A stretch of DNA of 64,000 nucleotides from the NCBI GenBank assembly GCA_016699385.1, contig CP064974.1:806791-870790 (forward strand), in the 5' to 3' direction. This document shows, piece after piece, positions 48,383 to 58,475 of this stretch; positions within the stretch are counted from its first letter, which is position 1, and each line of letters begins with the position of its first letter. Below the pieces are notes generated by a model that had not been told where the DNA came from, did not search any database, and worked only from the letters and a program-made list of their open reading frames with translations. The stretch is from Candidatus Moraniibacteriota bacterium. GTDB taxonomy: Bacteria; Patescibacteriota; Minisyncoccia; Moranbacterales; UBA1568. The translations under genes were made by a program, and so were the position numbers.

Positions 48383-50242
48383 CTATTCATCTCCTAACTT
48401 CACATACCTTGTTGGTACCACCTTGTTGGCATGGAGGAGCGATTCGAGCAGGCGAGCAATAGGCACCGTCGCCACGCACGTCACCGTATCTGCGCTTCCA
48501 TAGTATACAAAAAGTGTCTCATCCTTCACAACTGCACCGCAGCTATAGACTATCTGCGGTTTCGAGCCCTCGTTCTCATACCAAACCTTCGGCTCGAGAA
48601 TGGGCGCTTTTGATCGAGCAATCACTTTGGTTGGATCTTTCTTGTCAAGAATCATTGCCCCAAGCTTGTACCCGCAATCCCGTGTCGTCGCATGATAGAG
48701 CACAAGCCAACCCGCTTTCGTTTTTAGAGGAGATGGCCCAACACCCCGAACCAACAGTTCCCAGCGTCCCTTGAGTGGCACTTTTACATGATCACTTCGA
48801 ATAAACGTATTCCCGTCAAAATCAAGATTGTCAAAATAATCGACGCGTACCTCGGGACTAATACTATGAAGAATAGCAAATTTCCCATGAATCTTCTCAG
48901 GGAAAATCGTCCAGTTCTTGTGTATCTCACCGGGTGGCGAAATCATCACCGGTCGCGACCAGTTCCACTTCCGCGAGAGAAAGTCGTCAACCGAAATTTT
49001 TGTAAGCGCCACGCGCGGAAAATTATATCCATCAAATGCCGTGTACGTCATGTAGAGCATATCATCAACACGTGTCACTTTCGGATCTTCACTTCCACCC
49101 CACCCACCGCCAGAAGTATATGGGGTCGAGCACTGTTCCTGAATCCTTGTCACGCGCACGTCATCGAGCGTAGGTGAAGAAATATAAATAGGAACATCAA
49201 GCCGTTCATGCACCGAGAACCCGTCTCGACTGTTGGCATACCCAACCGTCGACAAACCATTCGTGCCAATAGCGCGATAAAGAATATGCACCATGCCATC
49301 ATCGGAAAGAAATGCCGCCGGATTGAAGACTTCTCCTGACTCCCAGTTATGTTCCTTTCGAGAGGTAAGAATAGGATTCCCTGGATAGCGTTCGAGTTTT
49401 ACGCCATCCGGAATCACCGAAACCGTAGCATTTCGAGAAACTTTCCAAAATTGTGCAATTTCTTCAACAAAAAGTTTCCCATCAACGCTCCAATACAACA
49501 ATACCTTCTTCGCACGCGGGACAGCGCCGATAAATCGAATGTCTTTGCTCTGCCATGAGTCCGGAGACTCCCACATTGCCTCCTCTGATCGCCAAAGTAC
49601 CGTCTGTGGATTGCTCTTCTCTACCAATGCCGAACCGATAACCCATCGACCATCTCTATTTTCCGAGGCATACATGATAAGAATTCCCTTCCCAGCAGAG
49701 ATTACAGCAACGACATTCATCGGACCTTCATCGAAATATCCCTCCCGCGGTTTGAGAAGTGTCGTCCGTTTGACATTCCAATGTTTCAAGTCGGTCGAGA
49801 GCGCCAATTTGATACTGCGCTCACCAAAAAAAAGCCCGTAATGAGCTTCACTCCCTTCTTGTAAAGCAACAGCAATTCCTGTTTCGCGAAAACCATCCTT
49901 CACAGAAAGACTATCCCATTCGACACCGTCACGGGATGTGCCGGACAATATCTGAACACCTCCGCTGCGCGCTCTTTTCTTGTATGAAATAAAAAATGAA
50001 TCGCCAGAAGCATTTAGTGATGAAATGCGAAAAACATCCGAGATATCCGGATGCAAGCGAAGACTCCCTAAAAGTTTTGTAAAAACAAGCTCCTTTCGCG
50101 TCGAGTCGAAAGAAACGCCATTCGAACTACTCAAAACAAAAATAGGACGATTTGCCTTCCCTTCTACATCACGCACGTAGAGATACACTGTTTGTCCAAC
50201 CGACGAAACCCCAAGAACCAAACGGTCCAAAGAACGTTCCAT
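48383..50242 (-). CDS. GH130 family protein (C-terminal GH130 domain plus N-terminal beta-propeller-like domain)
   Basis: C-terminal half GSEDPKVTRVDDMLYMTYTA...IVYSCGAV...YYGSAD is paralogous to 46251..48161. Confidence 0.8.
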   Translation of the reverse strand: MERSLDRLVLGVSSVGQTVYLYVRDVEGKANRPIFVLSSSNGVSFDSTRKELVFTKLLGSLRLHPDISDVFRISSLNASGDSFFISYKKRARSGGVQILSGTSRDGVEWDSLSVKDGFRETGIAVALQEGSEAHYGLFFGERSIKLALSTDLKHWNVKRTTLLKPREGYFDEGPMNVVAVISAGKGILIMYASENRDGRWVIGSALVEKSNPQTVLWRSEEAMWESPDSWQSKDIRFIGAVPRAKKVLLYWSVDGKLFVEEIAQFWKVSRNATVSVIPDGVKLERYPGNPILTSRKEHNWESGEVFNPAAFLSDDGMVHILYRAIGTNGLSTVGYANSRDGFSVHERLDVPIYISSPTLDDVRVTRIQEQCSTPYTSGGGWGGSEDPKVTRVDDMLYMTYTAFDGYNFPRVALTKISVDDFLSRKWNWSRPVMISPPGEIHKNWTIFPEKIHGKFAILHSISPEVRVDYFDNLDFDGNTFIRSDHVKVPLKGRWELLVRGVGPSPLKTKAGWLVLYHATTRDCGYKLGAMILDKKDPTKVIARSKAPILEPKVWYENEGSKPQIVYSCGAVVKDETLFVYYGSADTVTCVATVPIARLLESLLHANKVVPTRYVKLGDE

Positions 50243-50327
50243 AGTGATTCGATAGATATATTTTTTTTATTATAGCACCAAACCAAAAAATACTTTTTTC
50301 CGGGCTGTCAAGAGAACACGCAATGTA

Positions 50328-51542
50328 CTATTCGTATCGCAATGCCTCAATCGGACTCAGGCGAGCGGCACGCTCCGCCGGGTAGTATCCAAAGACAATA
50401 CCAACTCCCGCGGAAACACCGAATGCCAGGAGAATTGCCGACAGAGAGATAGTCGTCGAAAGCCCCGCAAAGTGCGAAATGAGCAAAGAAGCCGCCCAAC
50501 CAAGAATAATACCGATGATTCCCCCAAAGAGAGTAAGTACAATTGATTCCACGAGAAATTGCAGCCGTATGGAGCGCCGCCGTATACCAACTGCCTTGCG
50601 CAACCCGATTTCGCGCGTCCGCTCTGTCACAGTTGTAAGCATCATATTCATGATACCGATACCACCAACCAAAAGCGAAATACCCGCAATCGAGGAAAGT
50701 AAAATCGTAAATGTTCCCGTAATAGAAGAGGCGGTTGCGATAATATCGTTTTGATTCACCAAACTAAAATCCGCCTGTGCCGGATCGCTAATTGCGTGTC
50801 GAGAGAGAAGAAGGTCAGAGATGGATTGTTGCACCGCTACCATGCTCTCCTGGTCTTCCGCGGCAATGCTAATAGTGTTCACATATGCATCCCCCGAGAG
50901 AAAGTGCTGAGCACTCGTAATCGGGACGTACACAAAATCATCGGGATTGTTGAAACCAGAGCCACCCTTCAATGTGGTACTGCCAATCACTTCGAAATCA
51001 ACATTTTTGATACGAACAAACTGACCAATCGGATCCGCGCCCACACCAAAGAGGTCTTCTAGCGCTGTCGGTCCCAAAACAGCAACCTTTGCAGAACTCT
51101 TTTCTTCCTGATCAATAAAGAATCGCCCTTGATCAACAGCGACATTGCGCGCCACAAGATAGTCCGCAGTCGTACCAACAACTTCAGTATTTGTATTGTT
51201 TCCTTTTGCCGTAAGCTGGTAACGCCGAGACACATCCGGCGCAACCGCACGCACACCGTCCACACCACTCTTGATAGCTATCGCATCATCCAATGTCAGT
51301 GTCTGCGCACTCCCACGACCGCCACTCGCAAATCCCGTGCGTTGTGCGCCTGGCATAACGATGATGAGATTCGATCCAATTGATTCGATACTTGATGCGA
51401 TTGATGCCTGAGCGCCCTGCCCAATCGACACCATAGTAATAACCGAAGCAATACCGATAACAATACCTAAAATAGTGAGCCCCGATCTCACTTTGTTGGT
51501 CGACAATGACCAAAATGCTTCAGAAAAAATATCGCGCATCAT
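50328..51542 (-). CDS. ABC transporter permease (MacB/FtsX family)
   Basis: N-terminal TM, a large periplasmic MacB_PCD-like domain, and a C-terminal FtsX 3-TM bundle. Confidence 0.9.
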   Translation of the reverse strand: MMRDIFSEAFWSLSTNKVRSGLTILGIVIGIASVITMVSIGQGAQASIASSIESIGSNLIIVMPGAQRTGFASGGRGSAQTLTLDDAIAIKSGVDGVRAVAPDVSRRYQLTAKGNNTNTEVVGTTADYLVARNVAVDQGRFFIDQEEKSSAKVAVLGPTALEDLFGVGADPIGQFVRIKNVDFEVIGSTTLKGGSGFNNPDDFVYVPITSAQHFLSGDAYVNTISIAAEDQESMVAVQQSISDLLLSRHAISDPAQADFSLVNQNDIIATASSITGTFTILLSSIAGISLLVGGIGIMNMMLTTVTERTREIGLRKAVGIRRRSIRLQFLVESIVLTLFGGIIGIILGWAASLLISHFAGLSTTISLSAILLAFGVSAGVGIVFGYYPAERAARLSPIEALRYE

Positions 51543-52219
51543 ATTCGTGTGTCTGATTCAATGCGTCCGTCTCGAACAGAAAGAATACGACTTGCAAAAT
51601 TTGCTACTTCCATTTCATGTGTAATAAGCACGATAGTATGCCCCTCTCGATGCAATCGCTGGAATGCCTCCATGACAATATGTCCCGTTTTCGTATCGAG
51701 ATTTCCTGTTGGCTCATCCGCAAAAATAATCGACGGGCGATTAATAAGCGCCCGAGCAATAGCAACACGCTGCATCTGTCCACCAGAGAGCTGATTGGAA
51801 AGATTGAGAAACTTTCCTTCTTCCATACCAGCGACAAACAGTGCTTCACGCGCACGTTGTGTGCGTTCTTCGAGCGTTGTATCCGTGTAGAGAAGCGGAA
51901 GCATAACGTTTCGCAATACGGTCGTGCGAGGAAGGAGATTGAACGATTGAAAGACAAATCCAATCTTCTCTTTACGCAATTCCGAGAGAGCATCGTCACC
52001 CAATTTCGAAACATCCCGCCCATCAAAGAAGTACGTGCCCGATGTTGGTACATCGAGTGCGCCAAGAATGTGCATCAGGGTGGACTTTCCTGACCCCGAA
52101 GGTCCGATAATCGAGACAAAATCCCCGCGTTCTATCCCAAAAGAGACATTATCAAGCGCCACGGTATCCAAATCACCGCTTCGATACACTTTCCTCAAAT
52201 TTCGACATTCAATCATCAT
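51539..52219 (-). CDS. ABC transporter ATP-binding protein (MacB/LolD-like)
   Basis: Walker A GPSGSGKST, signature LSGGQMQRVAIARAL, Walker B IIFADEPT. Confidence 0.95.
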   Translation of the reverse strand: MMIECRNLRKVYRSGDLDTVALDNVSFGIERGDFVSIIGPSGSGKSTLMHILGALDVPTSGTYFFDGRDVSKLGDDALSELRKEKIGFVFQSFNLLPRTTVLRNVMLPLLYTDTTLEERTQRAREALFVAGMEEGKFLNLSNQLSGGQMQRVAIARALINRPSIIFADEPTGNLDTKTGHIVMEAFQRLHREGHTIVLITHEMEVANFASRILSVRDGRIESDTRI

Positions 52220-52251
52220 ATCGTTTCGTATCCAAAAACGCAGTCCTTCAT

Positions 52252-53424
52252 CTATCGACCACCCAATCCAGGAATTCTCACACCACTACTACCGCTAGAT
52301 GTATTCGTCGTTGTTGCATTGGCATTAGTCGTCTTCGTCACAACCCTCTCCCCCACATCGAGTCCCTTCAAAATTTCTGTGCTCGTACTATTTGACAAGC
52401 CAACCTCAACCGCCTTTCTCTCTGGAACATTGTCAGACAAAATCTGGACATATGTTCCAGAAGCATCCGTCTTCACGGCGCTATTTGGCACCACAGATGT
52501 ATCTGACTTCACATCGTAGATAATCGAAGCAGACACACTCATGCCAGGCTTCACTCGTTCATCTGACGCATCAAACCCGAGAGTCACCGTATACGTGACA
52601 ATGCCAGAGGCAATCGTGCCAAGCGAATCCATCTTCTCAACCGTACCCGAAAGCGCCAATCCATCAAGTGCACTAAATGTCATCATCGCTTTCTGTCCGA
52701 GAGCGACTTTTGAAATATCAACTTCATTCACACTTATCGATGCCTTCACAGTCGAAAGATCACCCACAATGATTGGCGTCACCTTGGACGAACTCGATGA
52801 ATTACTTCCGAGATCATCGCCATTTTTAATATTGATTTCGTTCACCGTTCCGTCTATCGGAGACACAACACGTCGCTTCGATGCATCATCGCGCGTCTTC
52901 TGATAACTCAATTTTGCCGCAACAAGATTTTGTTCAGCAATAACTATACCCGCTCTCGCCGATTCAATTTTTTGTGTCAAGATATTTTTGTTGAGAGCTG
53001 TACCCGTTCTTGTCTTGTAGGCATCGCGTGCCTGATCTTTGGAAATATTCGCGGCAAAGACGGCATTTTCTGCTTGTTTCAACGAAGCTGACGCATTAGC
53101 AAGACTCACATCAAGCTGATCATTCTCAATCGAAAAGAGAACTTGCCCCTTCTTGACCGCGTCACCAACACTCACCGAAAGACCCGTCACCGTTCCGGAG
53201 ATTGTTGGATCAATAGTTGCCTGCTGATCGACCGTCACATTGCCGCTCCCGGAAACCGATGCAGAAATCGTTCCTTTCTCAACCGCCGCCGTAGTATATT
53301 GTGTCGCCCCCGCACTATTTGATGAACTATTCTTGTTCCACCAAAAGTATCCGCCGCCAATGACAACTATTGCACCGATGATAACTCCCTTTTTCATTCG
53401 ACTCATACAACGTAAGAATATCAA
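52252..53424 (-). CDS. efflux periplasmic adaptor subunit (HlyD/MacA-type membrane fusion protein)
   Basis: N-terminal anchor, lipoyl-like segments flanking a long coiled coil, and a beta-barrel C-terminus. Confidence 0.8.
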   Translation of the reverse strand: MIFLRCMSRMKKGVIIGAIVVIGGGYFWWNKNSSSNSAGATQYTTAAVEKGTISASVSGSGNVTVDQQATIDPTISGTVTGLSVSVGDAVKKGQVLFSIENDQLDVSLANASASLKQAENAVFAANISKDQARDAYKTRTGTALNKNILTQKIESARAGIVIAEQNLVAAKLSYQKTRDDASKRRVVSPIDGTVNEINIKNGDDLGSNSSSSSKVTPIIVGDLSTVKASISVNEVDISKVALGQKAMMTFSALDGLALSGTVEKMDSLGTIASGIVTYTVTLGFDASDERVKPGMSVSASIIYDVKSDTSVVPNSAVKTDASGTYVQILSDNVPERKAVEVGLSNSTSTEILKGLDVGERVVTKTTNANATTTNTSSGSSGVRIPGLGGR

Positions 53425-53948
53425 TTAGTAGCGGGACGATCTGGAGCAGCGCCTTGAGGAAGGATGTCGATATTTTCCGCGGCAACCGTTCCATCAGGAC
53501 TACTCTTCCCATTCACGCGGACACGCTCCCCGACTGAGAGGTCGGTCGATGCCGTTGGAGCTGATTTCGAAATTAAAGTAGTGTCTGAAAAATATACAAT
53601 CCTCGATCCACCATCGGGAGTTCGTATGGTAATACTTTTATCATCATGGGAAAGGATTTCTCCGGTCGCAAAGTCGCCTCCTGGAGCACCCACACCGCGC
53701 GTGCCACCTGTCCGCGCGCCCGTACCGCCAAATCCAGATACCCGATCACCAGCGCCATTACGCATTGAAGTGCTCTGCCCCGATAAAGATGCCGCAACCG
53801 ATTGTTTCTCATACGCCACCCCACCAAAAAACCCCGCGCCAAGAGCGATTACTGCAGCAACCCCAAGAAGAATAGGTTTCTTTTCCATAAAAAATAAATT
53901 TAATGCTGGCAAATACAACAAAGCCTCCATACCCAATACAATACGCAT
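53421..53948 (-). CDS. secreted Gly-rich hypothetical protein
   Basis: Signal/anchor (MEKKPILLGVAAVIALGAGFF), a Gly-rich segment and a beta-rich C-terminus. Operonic with the efflux genes. Confidence 0.45.
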   Translation of the reverse strand: MRIVLGMEALLYLPALNLFFMEKKPILLGVAAVIALGAGFFGGVAYEKQSVAASLSGQSTSMRNGAGDRVSGFGGTGARTGGTRGVGAPGGDFATGEILSHDDKSITIRTPDGGSRIVYFSDTTLISKSAPTASTDLSVGERVRVNGKSSPDGTVAAENIDILPQGAAPDRPATN

Positions 53949-54102
53949 CGTGTCAAAAAAGTTTGCAACACCAGAACGAGAGAGGTGTAGAACATTCTTT
54001 TATTTAAAAAACAACAAAAAGGGATAGCCCACTCAAAAAGGAGCTATCCCGGAAATACTCACGCCCTATTTTGTCGAGAATATTCCAAAAAAAATAAGAG
54101 AA

Positions 54103-55554
54103 TCACAGTGATTCCAAATCAATCATTTCATCGATACGAATCTGTGCAACGAAATTGTAGTCGTGACTCACAAGAATCATCGCGCCAGCGTATCGATCGA
54201 GCGCTTCCGCAATAACTGGCAAATGACGGAAGTTTATGTGATTGGTCGGCTCGTCAAGGATAAGAAGATCAGGCTCTTCGAGGAAAAGTTTTGCGAACAT
54301 AAGAAGTCCCTTCTGCCCCTCGGAGAGACTCTCGATTTTGTTCTGAATGAGAGCTGCCGGCACGAGAAACTTCGTCGCTGTCCGATAAACATCCTCCATG
54401 CCACCACCCTTCATAGACGCGCGGAGCGATTCTGCAACCGTCTGACCGAAATCAAGCGTCGAAAAATCCTGCCGATAATAGCCGACTTTCGCGCTAGGCG
54501 TAATCATTGCAATACGCTCATCACCAGAGGCAAGCGCTTCGAGAAACGTGCTCTTGCCGATACCATTGGGACCCGAGACGAGAAGGTGCGTCTTGCGCTT
54601 GAGTGTCACATTAACCGGGCGAAGTGTCGACTCGCCATCGCGGACAACCGACGCTGATTTGATTTCAACAATCGGACCGGTCATATCCGAAGATGGAATA
54701 TCAAATGTCGGAAGCGTTTTATCTTCGCGACGAATATCGGCTTTATTTTCTTCCAAATCATCGGCAAGTGTCCGCATACGCTTCGCAACACTGCGAAGCT
54801 TCCCACCTTTGTGTGCGAATACATTCGCCTGCGCGCGCTTTTCACTAATTGTATGTTCGCGACGCGCGTTTTCGCGCTCAGCTTTCTCGATGCGACGAGC
54901 AATCTCTTCAACCACATCGTAGTAGTCGCCCGCATATTGCTCTACTTTTTGCGTAAAGATATCGAGGTAGAGCACGCCATTCGTAAACGCATTCAAGAAG
55001 TCTGCATCATGCGAGATGACAAGGCAGGTCTTCTGATACTCGACGAGAAATTTTGTGAGATGCTCGATACCGGAAGGATCAAGATTGTTGGTCGGTTCAT
55101 CGAGCAGGAGAATATCGGGATTCTGAATAAGCGCCGACGCAAGCAAAAGCCGAGCCTGTTGCCCACCGGAAAATTCCCGGATCTTCTTGGTAAGCGGTGG
55201 GGTCGAGAGATGCACCACCTCGAGCACCTTCTGAACCAAAGCTGGCAGATTCCATTTCTTTTCACTGAAACACTTCGCGAAAAATTCCTCTACGGTAAGC
55301 TCGAGCTCCTCACGCGACACCACCTGCCGCGCAATTGCCACACTCGCTCCAGGTTCAATCGAAATCCGCCCGCCAGTCGGCACGAGTTCACCCATAATAA
55401 GTTTGAAGAGCGAGCTTTTCCCAGCGCCGTTTTGCCCCATGAGCGCTGCTTTGAATCCCGCTCGCACCGAAAAGCTCACCTCATCAAGTACGGGCTTCTT
55501 GTGACTATACTCAAATGAAACACTCTCAAACCGAAGAACAATATTGTCCGCCAT
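54103..55554 (-). CDS. ABC-F family ATPase (two nucleotide-binding domains, no TMD)
   Basis: Two Walker A motifs (GQNGAGKSS; GPNGIGKST), two LSGG signatures and an inter-domain linker. Confidence 0.85.
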   Translation of the reverse strand: MADNIVLRFESVSFEYSHKKPVLDEVSFSVRAGFKAALMGQNGAGKSSLFKLIMGELVPTGGRISIEPGASVAIARQVVSREELELTVEEFFAKCFSEKKWNLPALVQKVLEVVHLSTPPLTKKIREFSGGQQARLLLASALIQNPDILLLDEPTNNLDPSGIEHLTKFLVEYQKTCLVISHDADFLNAFTNGVLYLDIFTQKVEQYAGDYYDVVEEIARRIEKAERENARREHTISEKRAQANVFAHKGGKLRSVAKRMRTLADDLEENKADIRREDKTLPTFDIPSSDMTGPIVEIKSASVVRDGESTLRPVNVTLKRKTHLLVSGPNGIGKSTFLEALASGDERIAMITPSAKVGYYRQDFSTLDFGQTVAESLRASMKGGGMEDVYRTATKFLVPAALIQNKIESLSEGQKGLLMFAKLFLEEPDLLILDEPTNHINFRHLPVIAEALDRYAGAMILVSHDYNFVAQIRIDEMIDLESL

Positions 55555-55629
55555 ACGAAAAAAGTTGAACGAAAGAAAAACGCTCGAGAGCGTTCTTCAG
55601 GATGACAGAAAAAGAGAAAAAAGGCAACT

Positions 55630-57600
55630 CTACTTCTCTCCCCCAACCCGCACCAACTCTCCAACCAATCGGCGTTCTTCTGCTGTGTCTCCCCGTTCGT
55701 GCGCGGCGCGCATGGCGCGTTCGAGAGATTCCATTTCTTCCTTGCGGAGCGTTTCAATGAGGTGTTTCCAGGTGGTATCAAAGAACACGCGCGCTTTTTC
55801 GATATCTGCTTCCTCAGCCTGTTCGGGGAGTCGGAGCATTTTCTCACCAAGGAAAGCGAGTTCCGCCGCTTCTTTTTTGAATTCTTCGGGAATCTTCGCA
55901 AATGAAAACTCCCCCGCCGTTTCGCCAGCGAGAAACGCGAGAAGCGGCATCTTCGCAACAAACGAAAATACCCGTTCCGCCACCCCTTCGAGCGGGAGCG
56001 GTAGGAGTTTCGGACATGCCAAGAGAAGCGCTGCAATATCTCGCCCCAACCTTTCCGAATGTGTTTCAAAAGAAGCGCTTGCCACAGAAGATTCGGGATT
56101 TCCAGCGTCTCGCGAAACCAAAGGTGCAACAGAAGGCTTCAGCGTCTTGAGAAATGCAAGGAGCGTTTTCTCGGCGACACCGATTCGATTGGCAAGTATA
56201 TGCACCCAGTGCATCTCTTCTATACGCTGCGGAATAAGCTGGACAAGTGCGAGGAAATCTTCAGCAATACGCCGCTTCCCCTCCGCGGATTTCACATCAT
56301 GAGTCGAGAGGAGTGTCTCGAGAAAATATTCCGGCGCCGGCTTCGGTTTCGACACCGCCTCAAGCAAAGCATCAACATTCTCCTTTGCCATTTCCGCCGC
56401 ATCCTTCCCTGAAGAAATCGAAACAATCGCGACCGAGAACCCCAGCGCAAGCGCCATCTCAGCACTCTTCCGTGCCGCCTTCTGCCCTGCCGAGTCCATA
56501 TCAAAGAAGAGTCGAAGTGTATCAGTGTAGCGCTTGATTATCCGGAGTTGCTCTTCTGTAAGCGCTGTCCCAGATACCGCCATGGTATTGGTACACCCTG
56601 CCTGATGCATCGCGATCACATCCATATTCCCCTCCACAAGAAGTGCGGAGTTTTTTTCTCGAAGAGACTGCTTCGCCTGAAATATTCCGTAGAGCGCTCG
56701 CGATTTGTGATACACCATCGTCTCTGGCGTATTGATATACTTCGCTTGTGATTCATCTCCACCAGGCGCGACCCGTGCTGAGAATCCAACGACACGACCA
56801 AGTGTGTCGAGAATCGGAAACGTAATCCGATCACGAAACCGATCATAGTACCCTCTTTCCGTCATTCCCGCAGAAGTGGGAATCCGGTCACCAGCAAACT
56901 CCAAAACATCGTCACTGCGAACAAAATCCGTAGAAACTCCCTGCGCACCTAAAGACTCCTGATTTTTATTTTCAACGTGTGATTGCTTCCGAATAACCAT
57001 TCCCGCTGCTTCCATTTCGGAAGCCGAATAGCCTTTGCTTATGAGGAAATCTGACAGCGTCCGCCATCCGGGAAGGGCAAATCCCAACCGAAATGCTCGT
57101 ATGGATTCATCAGACAGTCCTCGATCGCGCAGGTATGGAAGCGCCGCCTTTTTCCCTGCGCCATCCCACAATTGCTTTTCAAAAAACTTCGATGAAAGAT
57201 CGAGTATCTTCAATATGGCTTCCTTGGCGACACCCTCATTATGTCTCTCATCACTTGCCCCCATCTCCCCATGAGAGACTCTCTTATCCGATTGTTGATA
57301 ATCAAATCTTCTCCCACGCCGTTCCAAAACAACGCCTGCTCGCTCTGCAAGAAGCGAGAGCGCCTCGGGAAACGACAGCCCATCCATTTCCATGACGAAA
57401 GAGAAGATATCGCCACCCTTGCTGCATCCAAAGCAATGCCAACTCGCCCGCTCCTCGTTCACCACGAAGGAAGGACTTTTCTCATTGTGGAAAGGACAAA
57501 GCCCCTTCCAGCTCACGCCGGCTTTCGTGAGCGGCACATACCCCCCGATTACCTCCCGCACAGAGAGCCTCGCTTTAATATCTTCGACTTCGGTATTCAT
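55630..57600 (-). CDS. dnaG: DNA primase
   Basis: CHC2 zinc finger (CPFHNEKSPSFVV...WHCFGC), the RNA polymerase core, and TOPRIM (EGNMDVIAMHQAG). Confidence 0.95.
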   Translation of the reverse strand: MNTEVEDIKARLSVREVIGGYVPLTKAGVSWKGLCPFHNEKSPSFVVNEERASWHCFGCSKGGDIFSFVMEMDGLSFPEALSLLAERAGVVLERRGRRFDYQQSDKRVSHGEMGASDERHNEGVAKEAILKILDLSSKFFEKQLWDGAGKKAALPYLRDRGLSDESIRAFRLGFALPGWRTLSDFLISKGYSASEMEAAGMVIRKQSHVENKNQESLGAQGVSTDFVRSDDVLEFAGDRIPTSAGMTERGYYDRFRDRITFPILDTLGRVVGFSARVAPGGDESQAKYINTPETMVYHKSRALYGIFQAKQSLREKNSALLVEGNMDVIAMHQAGCTNTMAVSGTALTEEQLRIIKRYTDTLRLFFDMDSAGQKAARKSAEMALALGFSVAIVSISSGKDAAEMAKENVDALLEAVSKPKPAPEYFLETLLSTHDVKSAEGKRRIAEDFLALVQLIPQRIEEMHWVHILANRIGVAEKTLLAFLKTLKPSVAPLVSRDAGNPESSVASASFETHSERLGRDIAALLLACPKLLPLPLEGVAERVFSFVAKMPLLAFLAGETAGEFSFAKIPEEFKKEAAELAFLGEKMLRLPEQAEEADIEKARVFFDTTWKHLIETLRKEEMESLERAMRAAHERGDTAEERRLVGELVRVGGEK

Positions 57601-57731
57601 ATACTTCCAGCCTATCGCCTTTCATACCAACAAAGCAAGTGCGCCCAAGAAACCAAAAAAATTCCGGCACAAACCGGAACTCCATCACCAGCAGAATCTT
57701 CTCCGAACATTTGGAACTACACTCAACCACA

Positions 57732-58259
57732 CTACGCCCCCAACACTACCACGATCGGCGCTGTTTTTGCTTCGGGAATTTTTGCGTCTTCGACAGGTTT
57801 CGAGACAACGCCTTTGTATTCTTTGAGAAGAAGTAGCTGAAGCGCTTTTGATTCATCCTCCATTTCGGAAGAATAATAAATAACGATGCCAATATTCGAT
57901 CCATTTGCATTTCCCGCCTCCGCCTTCGTGTACCCATTTGCTTTGAGATACGTCGTCATCTTGCCCGCACTCCCGCCCGCCGCACCTCCATTGAGCACCT
58001 TCATTGTAATACTCTCTGGCGCATCCGGTCTTGCAAGTGTCACGTCCTCACTTGTCACATCACTAGGCGATGCACTACCAAGCGCATCACTCGAAGCCAT
58101 TGCATCAGTCTCTCCTCCTGGAATATTTACTGATGAAAAATCAGCAATCGACGGGCGTGTATCCGCCGCTTCATTCACTTGTTCGCGATATCGAACCCCG
58201 AAAGCGACACCGCCTCCGACAACCGCAAACACCAACAATGCCATGAAAATTTCCTTCAT
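57732..58259 (-). CDS. membrane-anchored LytR_C-domain protein
   Basis: N-terminal TM. C-terminal VLNGGAAGGSAGKMTTYLKANGY...IVIYYS resembles the LytR C-terminal domain. Confidence 0.5.
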   Translation of the reverse strand: MKEIFMALLVFAVVGGGVAFGVRYREQVNEAADTRPSIADFSSVNIPGGETDAMASSDALGSASPSDVTSEDVTLARPDAPESITMKVLNGGAAGGSAGKMTTYLKANGYTKAEAGNANGSNIGIVIYYSSEMEDESKALQLLLLKEYKGVVSKPVEDAKIPEAKTAPIVVVLGA

Positions 58260-58475
58260 GCTGTCATTGTATCACACTTTCATGAGCGAGTGACGGGAAT
58301 CGGACCCGTGCCCCAACCTTGGGAAGGTTATGTACTGCCACTATACTACACTCGCTTCTTTCTCATGGTCACTCCCAACACTGTATCATCACTTATCAGC
58401 CCTTTCAAGAGGAATGGGTTTTCCTCCACACTCTCTTCATGATAATATGCAGAGGCATCACCCTAAAAAATTCCT

